Assembly (NCBI GenBank): GCA_951406725.2
Contig: OX597822.1
Coordinates: forward strand, 12,400,001 to 12,464,000
Direction of reading: 5' to 3'
Origin: Octopus vulgaris
Taxonomy: Eukaryota
Length of the DNA stretch: 64,000 bases
Shown: one piece after another, positions 1-10,650 of the stretch
Numbering within the stretch: the first letter of the stretch is position 1
Layout: every line of letters begins with the position of its first letter
The notes under the pieces: generated by a model
What the model saw: only the letters and a program-made list of their open reading frames with translations
What the model was told of the DNA's origin: nothing
Databases searched by the model: none
Position numbers and translations under genes: made by a program

Positions 1-473
1 GACGCGTCTGAAAGGATTGGAGACAAACACTTTCCTCTCTGGTCAATCTCTCATCAACTTCTTCAAGTACCACTTGAAAAGGAAAGTGAGAGTAGAGAGG
101 CAAGTTTTGTCTAGCGAATGTTTTAAAAAAAGATGGGTGAATGTAGCAAGAATGGCACGTATGAATGACGAAGCCACCTTGAGCATAGTCCTATGAACCC
201 AGAAATCGAAAACAGAGAGTTGCTTATTTGCAAAAAAAAAAAAAAGAAATATAAAATGTGACTTCATTGACCGAGGTTACCGTGGTCTTTTCCGTAGGCT
301 TTTCTTTCCACGGGTAAACCTCACCTGTCCTCCCCTTTACACTTCATATTGACATTTCTGTGATAACGATCCCTATTGATCAATTTTTTTTCCTCTCCCC
401 CTTTTTTTTAACCCCCCTTTTTTTTGTCCTCTTTCTCTCCTTTTACGATCCCTTTTGATCGAAACTCCCCCTT

Positions 474-510
<37 letters not shown>

Positions 511-580
511 CTTCAAAAGAAAAGCTCTACCTTGTAATTTGTTCTATCTGTGTGCAGTCCTGTGTGGCTAATAAAGAAAC
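1..580 (+). mobile_element. 3' end of an L1/Tx1-like non-LTR retrotransposon (ORF2 C-terminus + 3' UTR)
   Basis: Frame 2 is open from the window edge (TRLKGLETNTFLSGQSLINFFKYHLKRKVRVERQVLSSECFKKRWVNVARM...*) to a stop at ~196. A pyrimidine-rich UTR follows, with AATAAA at ~570 directly before (ATCT)n. Family assignment is by resemblance only. Confidence 0.5.
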
Positions 581-626
581 ATATCTATCTATCTATCTAT
601 CTATCCATCCATCCATCCATTCATCC

Positions 627-679
<53 letters not shown>

Positions 680-720
680 CCTATCTATCTATTTATCTAT
701 CCATCCATCCATCTATCTAT
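581..720. repeat. (ATCT)n/(ATCC)n microsatellite
   Basis: Direct reading. Confidence 0.95.
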
Positions 721-1042
721 TTATTTAAGCGATTGAAGTAGTTAGAATAGTTTCCCTCACATTCGTCCAAAATGCGATGTTTTACATCTCCTACATTGCT
801 GTTTTTGACAGGGGTTCATCTCGCCTAAATTGAACTTTCTTATAATATTAAGCTCTCGGGCTTGGTGCTAGATCGACCAGTCATGATTCTCTTTTGAGGT
901 CACACATTCTATAAATTAAGTCAAATTTTTTTCACCTTTTAACATCCGTTGTCTGAATAAAAGATCGGATGCTAAAGGACGAAATATCTTGTAGTCGGGT
1001 TATCCCTGGTTTACACTACAATAAACATTACAATAAAAATAA

Positions 1043-1480
1043 AAGGTCTGGAAATAAATTAACGAGACCTTTTCAGTAGTACTTTTATTTACAGTTAAAC
1101 TGCAAATAAACCCTTAATATTTAATAACAGTGTGGGAAGCCACACAGCGCTGAAATCATCACTTTCACTCTTCACATCAGTGCTGGAAATCTGAAACAAG
1201 AATAGCCCTAAGCTGGTCGATTACAGCCGTTTTTACGTTATCTAACGTGCTAAAATGAGGCCCTTTGAGGTGAAATTTCAAGCTGGGAAGAGAAAGAAGT
1301 CACACGGTGAATACGGGCACGAAGGGACAACATGGATGCCTTTCAGTGTTCTCCTTAACTGTTCTTGCTCATTTTCAGGACACACAAAACAAAATCACTT
1401 CACAAAATATGTGATCACTGTCCACCTGTGAACGCAACGTGGTTGTGGTTTGAACTGGAGTTGTAGGGGCCGTTGATGTG
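1043..1480 (-). mobile_element. Internally deleted mariner transposon remnant
   Basis: Minus strand ~1345-1135 reads KGIHVVPSCPYSP-CDFFLFPxLKFHLKGPHFSTLDNVKTAVIDQLRAILVSDFQH*...QRCVAS. This matches the mariner YSPDLAPxD C-terminus with DLAP deleted and stops. Confidence 0.75.
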
Positions 1481-1739
1481 GCAACACTGTAAAGCGGAAT
1501 CCTACATTGTTATATCGAACAGTATTAGACTAGTCCCATTGCTTTATCTAACGACCTCTTATAACTACAACTGTATAAGAGAAAGCACATGAGGTCGTAA
1601 GTCCTTAACAGTAGTTGCAACGCGTATTGAAATCCTATATGTTAAAAGCAGGGTTTGGTCACGTTTGGAACGACTCAAGTGGAGAGTTGCCGACAAGCGT
1701 CAATCTGCAGTTAAGTATTCCAGAATACAATATTAGTAT

Positions 1740-2700
1740 AACGACAATACCACCACCATCTTGGAATACTACCACCACTATCACCATCGTATTCACAGCT
1801 CTAAAAATTCTGTTTCTGCCATCACTACCACAATAACACCCACACTACCTCTAATAACAACATTCCCACCATTCAGTGAAATTCATGCCATGACCACTAC
1901 TGTCACTACAGGTACCACCTCCAGCACCACCGCCATCTTTACTAACACCATCACCAGACATATTACCAACATCAACACCTCATCATACCAGTTACACTTT
2001 CAGCACCACCACAACCACAACTCCCCCACACACAATTCCATTAACAATACTTACATCATGCCATAATAGATACAGCAACACCGCCACCATTGGCAACAAT
2101 AGCAGCACGTTCATTTCCATGACGCTTTCATGTCCCAACGAAACTACCATGACCATCACCATCAATGGCGGCTACCAACATCACCACTACCCCCAGTGCT
2201 ATAACTTTCTATAATATTGGCACCACTCCCGTTAATATTGTCTCCAGCAAACCATAATATCCAACAACACAGACATCGGCACCGTCATCGCCATCGCCAC
2301 CATCGCTCTCCTCACCACTACCACTACCGTCAACAACCACGACCACAATCCCCAACCCCCACCACCGATAGAATCGTTACGTCCAGGTACCCTCTTAACA
2401 TCAACCATCAGCAACGCATTCAACATCACCACCACCAACACCACCAACCAACAGCACCACCACCAACACCACCATCAGCAACGCACTCAACATCGCCGCC
2501 ATCAGTATCATCCTCACCATCATCACCATGACAATCCCCCACCATCACAATCACCATCATGACGGCCTCCACCGCCATCATCTCTATTAGCAGTATTGCG
2601 TTCACAGCCACTACCACAATCACCAACAACACCGTAAGAATTATCTCCATAATCCCGCCAAAACATCCACCGTCACCGTTACAGACTCCCCACCACCGCG
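1740..2700. repeat. Degenerate (CAC/CAT/ACC)n low-complexity tract
   Basis: Decayed trinucleotide repeats; the His/Thr/Pro ORFs are by-products. Confidence 0.85.
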
Positions 2701-2983
2701 TTAAGCAGCGCATTTTTTTTAATATGGCCGCCAGGAGCACTCTAATCAAGACGTCTGTACCGAATCATATTCACCTCTATACTCTGCCATTGTTGTGTTG
2801 TCTCGGTAAGTTGGTACGGTAGACTTCGTATCTCTGTACATTAGCCATCAAAGTATTGCATTGTTACATTAATTTAATTACCAGGAAAGTAATTGTTTTA
2901 AGAAATTAATACACACACACACACATACACACACACATACATATATATCTTCATTTCTTCATATATGTATATACATTAGGAAA

Positions 2984-3037
<54 letters not shown>

Positions 3038-3088
3038 TTCATAAATATATAAATATAGAAATATAGAAATACAATAAAAATAAATTTT

Positions 3089-3192
<104 letters not shown>

Positions 3193-3468
3193 CATGTATA
3201 AATTTACATAAAAAGAACAAGTGATAAAGATAGGAAACGAAGGAATTCAGTCTCTTATTGTAAGGTTGTGTGCAAAAACGGTTTTGTAATTGTGTTGATT
3301 TCTTTTCGACTTTCATTGGGAATTTTATTGCTGCTTACAATTTTGCAATACACGCAGTCACACACAGACACACACACGCACACATACATGCATACATATA
3401 CATATAAATGTGTGCGTGTGTATAAGTGCATCAAAATATGTATATATATATGTATATATATATATATA

Positions 3469-4130
3469 TAATCACAATAAGGGTGAAAAACTTGAATATT
3501 AATTAATAAATTCAATTTAAAACACCAAGTGGTTTAGCGTATAAAAAACTGGGATACAGTAAACATTATTAATACAAATAATAAGGGAGAGTCCACCATG
3601 TGGTCACTCTAACGCTAGAAATAGATCCGCAAAGGGAATCTGCCACTAAAAATTGGTGTTTTAAATTGAAGTTATTAATTAATATTCAATTTTTTTTCAT
3701 CCTTATTGTGATTTTAATGAAATATTAATATGTTCTCAAACCGGCAGTAAATTGCTGGGGTAGTATTTGCATCCGGTTGTTTAACGCGCCAGAATGAGGG
3801 CATTTGAACGTAACTGCGAATATAATCGGATGTACCGTTCGCCTTTGTTCGGCTTCGTGTAGATTTTGCCGTTCGGTTCGGCAAATTATATTTTTGATAT
3901 ACTTCACTGATGATTCGAAAATACTTATGTAAGTAAAACTACATAATCTATTAACGATGAAACAATTGTATGGAGTTAATCTATTCTTTCGTTATTTTTC
4001 ATTTGTCCTGTTCGCTTACATTCTTGGCGTGTTGAATTAATTCTTGAGAACAATTTTTTAGTGGCAGATTCCCTTTGCGGGTCTATTTCTAGCGTTAGAG
4101 TGACCACATGGTGGACTCTCTCTTATTATT

Positions 4131-4133
<3 letters not shown>
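3469..4133 (+). mobile_element. (TA)n-flanked unit with interleaved inverted repeats, probable PLE terminus
   Basis: 3469-3528 is the reverse complement of 3653-3713, and 3574-3655 of 4051-4133. It contains a hammerhead-like motif at 3901. Confidence 0.5.
3901..3934 (+). ncRNA. Candidate minimal hammerhead ribozyme (no stem II)
   Basis: acttca-CTGATGA-ttc-GAAA-atact-TA-tgtaagt: bulged stem I, 2-bp stem III. Confidence 0.35.
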
Positions 4134-4164
<31 letters not shown>

Positions 4165-4170
<6 letters not shown>

Positions 4171-4360
4171 ATCCAAACAAGAAAAACAGAAAAAAAGAGA
4201 AAAAAACACAGCAACGCAGGACGTGGAACAATTAAAGTATTATTGACGCTCAGGAAAGAAGGGAAGGAGGGTTTAACGTTTCGAGCGGAGCTCTTCGTCG
4301 GAAACAAGGAGAAGGAAAGATCCCAAGGAGGGAAGACAGGGGAGAAAATATTTGAGCTGG
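4165..4360 (-). mobile_element. PLE pseudo-LTR-like 3' terminus, family P1
   Basis: Homologous to 55612-55822, carries a hammerhead, and ends in (TA)n. Confidence 0.65.
4271..4305 (-). ncRNA. Hammerhead ribozyme type I, CCGACGA core variant
   Basis: Minus strand: gttt-CCGACGA-a-gagc(tcc)gctc-GAAA-cg-TT-aaac. Palindromic ACGU stem III; identical 35-mer at 55713. Confidence 0.7.
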
Positions 4361-4394
4361 TGGTGCTCAAGAGATGAAATATAACACACGACTT

Positions 4395-4429
<35 letters not shown>

Positions 4430-4430
<1 letters not shown>

Positions 4431-4745
4431 TTAGAAATACTAAGTCTCTCTCAAGGAGATTACGGCAGCGTTACTGGATATTAATAGTTATCGCCATACT
4501 AATATGGCAGTCTATAAATATAAGACTAAAGCTGTCGCTGATTAGCTCCAAGAGGCTATCACCTCTAGCTAGCTATATGACACACGAACCTGCGTCCATT
4601 AAAACCTTCGAATAGGGGAGGTCAGACGCTTCACCTTGCTAGTCAGACATCTGCAGACATGTTTCAGGGTTGTTGCCCTTTATCAGTGCAGCGTAGTCAG
4701 ACAAACAGGTGTCGCTACTCACCGTCTGTTCGAAGATTTTTTATT
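4430..4745 (-). mobile_element. PLE-like 3' terminus with hammerhead enclosed in an outer stem
   Basis: Ends at (TA)n near 4430. cttcgaatag (~4606) and ctgttcgaag (~4726) bracket the ribozyme. Confidence 0.5.
4651..4691 (-). ncRNA. Hammerhead ribozyme type I (G8A, probably inactivated copy)
   Basis: Minus strand: ctgca-CTGATAA-aggg(caacaa)ccct-GAAA-catg-TC-tgcag. 5-bp stem I, 4-bp stem II, palindromic ACAUGU stem III, GUC site. Confidence 0.75.
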
Positions 4746-4765
4746 TACCTAGTTACAGTGGAATA

Positions 4766-5505
4766 AATAATACTGAAGCAAAATAACACCAAATATATAG
4801 TGCGTGTGTCTTTATTGGCTAAACTGGCAAAATGACCATTCCAAAATATAACAATATATGTATATATATATATATATTGTTATATTTCGGAATGGTCGTT
4901 TTGCCAGTTTAGCCAATAAAAACACACGCACTATATATTTGTTGTTATTTTGCTTCAGTATTATTTATTGTTTACATTAATCTTAATCTTATTTCGGCCA
5001 GAGTTCTTTCGTCACACTCCTGTTGTGTTTTAAATTTATTATCATTATTACTAGTATTGTTGTTATACATACATACATACAAGCATATGTAATGATAATA
5101 ATAAGTGGATGTAAACCCATGAACAAAATAAGAATAAACAAAAACAACAACAACAAAAACAAATTACATGAACGTATATAAATAGAAGATACAAATATTA
5201 CATGCATCCCCCACACACACACTAAATAAACATAGAAGCACATAGAGATATAAGCATGCACAAATGAAGACATATAATAGAAATACAAAATGGCTGACGG
5301 TTAGTAAGGAGAGACACAAATAAGAAAGAAGAAAACAAAGGACCACTGATGCGGTCACAGGAGTTTGACGAAAGAACTCTGGCCGAAATAAGATTAAGAT
5401 TAATATAAAAAATAAATAATACGGAAGCAAAATAACACCAAATATATAGTGCGTGTGTTTTTATTGGCTAAACTGGCAAAATGACCATTCCGAAATATAA
5501 CAATA
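4766..5505 (+). mobile_element. PLE terminus present three times (direct, inverted, direct)
   Basis: 4766-4859 is similar to 5413-5505; 4872-5022 is the reverse complement of ~5357-5505. Confidence 0.7.
5341..5384 (+). ncRNA. Hammerhead-like motif (A9C)
   Basis: gacca-CTGATGC-g-gtca(caggagtt)tgac-GAAA-gaac-TC-tggcc. Confidence 0.55.
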
Positions 5506-5566
5506 TCTGCTTCAACACACGACTTCACGTAAAAAGTCTTGCACAACAAATATATAAACGTATATA

Positions 5567-7008
5567 TGAGACCAAAAGTGGCAGGACCCCATGCACCAAC
5601 ACAACAACTAAGCCACTTCATAGATATAATACTCAAACCTTTATGCCCACAGATACCAAGCTACATAAGGTATGACATAGACTTCCTCACACACATTCCA
5701 AATACAGTCCCGAAAACACCATACTTGCAAGTTTTGATGTCACAAATCTACACACAAACATACCACACACCCTAGGTCTAGAAGCTATAAAACAATCAAT
5801 AGAAAAATACAGAGAACTTATAGACGAACGCTTCAAGACAAACTTCATCACCCAAGGCACCCAACTAATACTCGAAGAAAACACATTCTCATTCAACAAC
5901 AAGACATACCGACAGATAAAAGGCACAGCTATGGGTACAAATTTCGCACCTTCATATGTCAACCTGGTGATGGGTTTCCTGGAAAACAAACTATATGATG
6001 AAATAGGGAAAGTCTTCGAACACGACTTCAGAGAAAACATCAAGAAAAAGTGGAAACGGTACCTCGATGACTGCTTCATCTTTTGGAGCAGATCAGAAGA
6101 GGACCTACGAACATTCCACAACATCCTCAATACGCTGCACCCATCTATCAACTTCACAATAGATATCAGCCACAACGAACTTTCCTTCCTAGACATCAAC
6201 ATCAAAATACACAACTCCATCGTCACAACAGACATCCACTACAAAATAACTGACACACACCAATACTTAAATTTCCACTCCTGCCACCCATCCCACACAA
6301 AAAGAAACATCCCATATAGTATGGCAAGACGAATATGTAGCATAGTAACTGATTCACAAATACGACTAATAAGACTAGATGAACTCAAAAACTTCCTCCT
6401 AGAGCAAAAATACCCCCTTAAACTAATAGAAAATGGAATCACAAGAGCATTAAAACTAGACATCGCACAACTCAGGACACCCAAAACAAAAAACAAAGAA
6501 AACACTATCCCTTTTATAAACACACACAACCCTGGAGTTACCAACATCTTCCAAACCATACATTCAAACATACCAATAGCCTTACAAAGCCCCAAAATGA
6601 AAACTATATTAAACAAATATAGCATAAAAAACAGTAGACAACAGGACAAAAGCCAAAAGAAACACCTAACAAGAGCGAAATTCTCTTCAGAAACTAAAAC
6701 GGATTTCTTTGCAAAAGAGTGCGGAGATGGTAGATGTGGGATCTGCAGCAACCCCACCTACCCCACGTGCAAGGAGAATTACGTAGGTGAAACTGGTAAT
6801 TCTTTGTGCCAGCGAGCCAGGATTCACCGACAACATATTCGGCAGGAAGAACTACGCAAAATACCACTAAGTACACACCTAGCTACACGTGGAGAAGGAA
6901 AATTCAAGATCGTTCCCTTCTACAAAATGTCCGAAGAACGACACCGCTTTCAGGAGGAATATGGAAAAATATTTCATAGCTAAGTTCTCCCCGAAATTAA
7001 ATGGCTGA
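5567..7008 (+). mobile_element. 5'-truncated Penelope-like element (Neptune-like) RT + GIY-YIG endonuclease, pseudogenised
   Basis: Motifs RPxVAG, SFDVTNLYTNIP, GTAMGTNFAPSYVNL, RYLDD, LSFLDI, YKITDTHQYLNFHSCHP, Cys linker CGDGRCGIC and YVGETG..RARIH. Frameshift near 5715 and a deletion removing the GIY half. Confidence 0.93.
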
Positions 7009-7019
7009 AACTTTACACA

Positions 7020-7295
7020 TCATACATTGAAGGACAAATCTTTCGATTTACAATATAATATAGTAGAACGTTTAATATATGTGTATATATATACATATAT
7101 ATATATAGGTGTGTGTATATATATGTTACCTGTTATATACATTATACTGTTTTTGCAATTTACTTGATCTTTATTTGCCAATTGTCATTCTAATTTTAAC
7201 CTTCCTATGATATACAATTTTCAAGATGGTGTAATTTGATTCTTCATTTTGATTCGATAGAAGGTGGGTTTTTTTCTAATATTTCATGTGTAAGC

Positions 7296-7330
<35 letters not shown>

Positions 7331-7391
7331 CATTGAAAGACACATCTTTCGATTTACAATCTAATATAGTAGAACATTTAGTATATGTCTG

Positions 7392-7464
<73 letters not shown>

Positions 7465-7635
7465 CCTGTTATATACATTATATTATTATTTTTAAAATTT
7501 ACTTCCATCTTTACTTTTTAATTGTTACTTTCATTTTAATTTTCCTATGATATACAATTTTCAAGATGGTGTAATTTGGTTGTTCATTTTGAACCGATAA
7601 AAGGTTTTTTTTCAAATATTTCATGTATAAGTTTG
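7020..7635. repeat. Tandem duplication of a ~300 bp unit containing a (TA)n core
   Basis: 7025-7290 is similar to 7331-7630 (cattgaa.gaca.atctttcgatttacaat ... tatttcatgt). Confidence 0.85.
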
Positions 7636-8065
7636 TGTATATATATGTAATGGTATAAATATCAACACAAAAATTTTTTTTTCCCCTTCCTCCCTTATTT
7701 TTCTTTTCCCTTTTCTCTTTTTGTCTCTCTCCCCTTCTCCAAACACACAGAGACAGACACACACGCACACACACACTAGCACACACACACACACAAACAC
7801 GGACACACAGACACACACACACACACCTCCAAAAAACGATCATAAAAAGTAGAAAGAATTCTTAGACCCCAAACGGCATTTGACCATCCTCAAAATGATA
7901 AAAGGTGTAATTTATGGCCTGCCTACCCACCAACACACACTCAGTGACACTGGAATGGTCAAAGCTAAAATTCTTAGAACCCCCTTGGAATCCAGCAGAC
8001 CAAAGAAATTCCTTCTTCTTCCCTCTCCCTTCTCCTCTTTTTCTTTAGCCTCGGATACAAACGCG

Positions 8066-8100
<35 letters not shown>

Positions 8101-8384
8101 ATACACACATTTTCTCTCCCTCACTTCCTCCTCATCCACTTCACCCTCTTGTACTGTATTGTTCCTCCCCACCACTACGAAACTCTATAAAATGATTAAA
8201 ATTCCCACAAAGGAATTATTTTGATTTGAAAACCCCACTAGAATGGGAGAAAGAGCTAATGATCTAAATCACATGATATATATGTAAAAAATGTAATATA
8301 TAAATAAATATCTGTAAATATAAACCATCCGATCTTCTGATTACCTCATTTCTAATATATACCTCATTTCTAATATATATATAT

Positions 8385-8590
8385 AATGGGAAGGTTTACG
8401 AAAATAAGCAAAGTACGAAGGCAGGTGGAGTGCAAACAAACAAATGTATTAGTATGGCGCTCAGGAATAGTAATAGAACAGGTCTTTTACGTTTCGAGCC
8501 TACGCTCTTCGACAGAAAGATACACAGAAAAAAGCAAGGAGAGAAACAAGGAGAGAAAAATGCGTGTAGGAGCTAACGATCTATCATGGC
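8385..8590 (-). mobile_element. PLE pseudo-LTR-like 3' terminus, family P2
   Basis: Homologous to 31188-31382 and, inverted, to 11929-12030; TA-flanked. Confidence 0.65.
8483..8520 (-). ncRNA. Hammerhead ribozyme type I, CUGUCGA core variant
   Basis: Minus strand: tcttt-CTGTCGA-a-gagc(gtag)gctc-GAAA-cg-TA-aaaga. 5-bp stem I, GUA site. Confidence 0.7.
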
Positions 8591-8652
8591 ATATATATAT
8601 ATATACAGAAAGAATTAAAAGGGCTGCAGTGAACTTGCCGTGTGGAATGGAA

Positions 8653-8690
8653 TATCCAATGTTTCGGATTCAATTCTTTCTTCAGAGATC
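8653..8690 (-). ncRNA. Degenerate hammerhead-like motif
   Basis: Minus strand: gatct-CTGAAGA-a-agaattgaatcc-GAAA-catt-ggata. Stems are imperfect; resembles 48440. Confidence 0.35.
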
Positions 8691-8749
8691 AGAGAAAAAG
8701 AGAACAAAATGAGAAAAAATGTCAGAGTTTACATCCTCTCAGCTTGAAA

Positions 8750-9490
8750 AACTGGCTGCAACTTACAAAGAGCTTGGCATAATTGGGGCCCATCCTTGTG
8801 CCCATAGCAACACCGCTGTAATGCTTATAGAATTCACCTGAGAAGGACAAGCAATTGATGTATGTTTGTGTAGTGGACGCAGAATAACAAGGGCTGCTAA
8901 CGTGAAACAGAATTTATAGGAGAAGGTGTGCAGAAAGGAGACAGAAAAGGCTGATGGAGAGAGTAGCGGTAAGTAAAAATGGGAATGTTGTAGCGAAGGA
9001 GGGTGGAAGGAGTATTATAAAGGGTCCAAAAAGAATTAAGAGGGGGTGAAAGGAGGATGAAAGGAAAAACGTTCATTGATACTTGTTGGGGACAGAGTGC
9101 CAAGATAAAATATAAGACGCTGCTCCTTTCGATTCCTAGAGAAGGAGGGTCCGTGGTCATAGGCCATGCCACACACTGATAAATATACAATGGAATGATT
9201 CACAGTAGAGAAATGGGTGGTGACAGTTCGGCCTGGCATACGTAGCATTATGCTTCTGACGTGTTGGCAAAAGCGATTCCCTAGGTGTTGCCTTGTTTCT
9301 CCAATGTAAAGAGCACCGCAGAGTTTTCATATTATGTAATATATGAGATTCGTCGAAGTGCAAGAGAAGCAAAGTGTTATATGATATTGCTTCTTAGGCC
9401 CTGTGATGGGGGTAATATTATTGATGTAGGGGCATGTGCGGAGCTAGGAACTGTGTTGCTTCTAACAAGGAGATGCCTAAGACTGCTATC
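8750..9490 (-). pseudogene. PLE reverse transcriptase fragment (N-terminal RT part up to motif B)
   Basis: Broken frames give PxIHK/RMPGR-like, MNVxSF..SIP-like and GVAMGTRMGPNYAKLFV sequences. Confidence 0.75.
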
Positions 9491-9499
9491 TTTTAAAAA

Positions 9500-10215
9500 A
9501 AAAAACAGGAGAGGAGGTATGAAAAAGATAGGGGTGGCCGTTGGGTCCAAAAGAAGAATCCAAAAGTTGTGGGTGAGATTGTGCTTTAGAGGGTGGATAG
9601 ACGGGTGGTAAGGTGAGAGAGAGAGAGAGTGGAATACTGTCGGTAGAAGTACGTGAAGATGGTCGAAGAGCAGTGGTGCAGTGAATGGCTTGGGCTCGGT
9701 GGAGTTCCGGGTCGACAGCTGAAGGTGAATACCCTCGATTTAGAATAAAAACTGTCGCATCGTCTTGCAATGGTAATTCGAAATCCGAATCGATGCTGCA
9801 AAGTCGTCGAAGGCAAATAAATTGAAAGAAAGGTAAAGTAGATTTAATGTGTTTGGGATGAGAGGAAGAATAGTGGAGGTAGGGGTGGGAATCAGAAGTT
9901 TTATTGTAGACAGATCTGAAGAGGTGGGTATTGTGTATTTTGACTGATATGTCCAGAAAGCAAACAGAAGTATCAGAAATGATGTAGGTGAATTCTAGCG
10001 CTAGGTGAAAGGTGTTAACATAAGAAAGAAAATCGTCGAGCTGCTGTCTGTTGAGACTTGTGGCGCCAATTGTATGGGTCAAGGAAAGTGAGCAAAGATT
10101 TGCGCCTCTACATAACTTACAAAGCGGTTGGCATAATTGGAGCCCATCATGGTGCCCATAGCAACACCGCTGAATGCTTATAGAATTCACCAGGGAAGGA
10201 AAACAATTGACGTAT
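9500..10215 (-). pseudogene. PLE reverse transcriptase fragment (motif B to thumb)
   Basis: GVAMGTMMGSNYA, LEFTYIISDTSVCFLDISV, VYNKTSDSHPYLHYSSSHP, QFICLRRLCS. The YxDD region is deleted. Confidence 0.85.
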
Positions 10216-10283
10216 GTTTGTATATATACATATATATATATGTGTGTGTGCGTGTGTGTGTGTATGTGTGTGTGCGCGCGCGC

Positions 10284-10322
<39 letters not shown>

Positions 10323-10324
<2 letters not shown>

Positions 10325-10494
10325 GGAGTAAACACATAAATGTGAAACAAGGTGGAAAAAAGAGTACTCAAATATCAGTGGTAGAGTAATATGCTTTATT
10401 TAAAGCAGCAGATTCTAGCAAAAACTGTCTGATGAACGGCAACGAGAAACTCAGAGTAACAGATTTTGTTGAATTTTCTGCTGCTTTAAATAAA

Positions 10495-10497
<3 letters not shown>
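10323..10497. mobile_element. Fold-back PLE terminus with a hammerhead at the apex
   Basis: ctttatttaaagcagcaga (10394-10412) pairs with tctgctgctttaaataaag (10477-10495); (TA)n on both sides. Confidence 0.65.
10425..10462 (+). ncRNA. Hammerhead ribozyme type I, canonical core
   Basis: ctgt-CTGATGA-a-cg(GCAA)cg-a-GAAA-ctc(a)gag-TA-acag. Predicted cleavage after A10458. Confidence 0.8.
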
Positions 10498-10548
<51 letters not shown>

Positions 10549-10650
10549 CTAGCAATATAGGATGAAGTCCTTTTCTCTACAGAAAAGGAATCCATCAGGA
10601 AGCGTGGGCAGTATATTTAAAAAAACCGTTACGGTTGAAGTATAAACATC

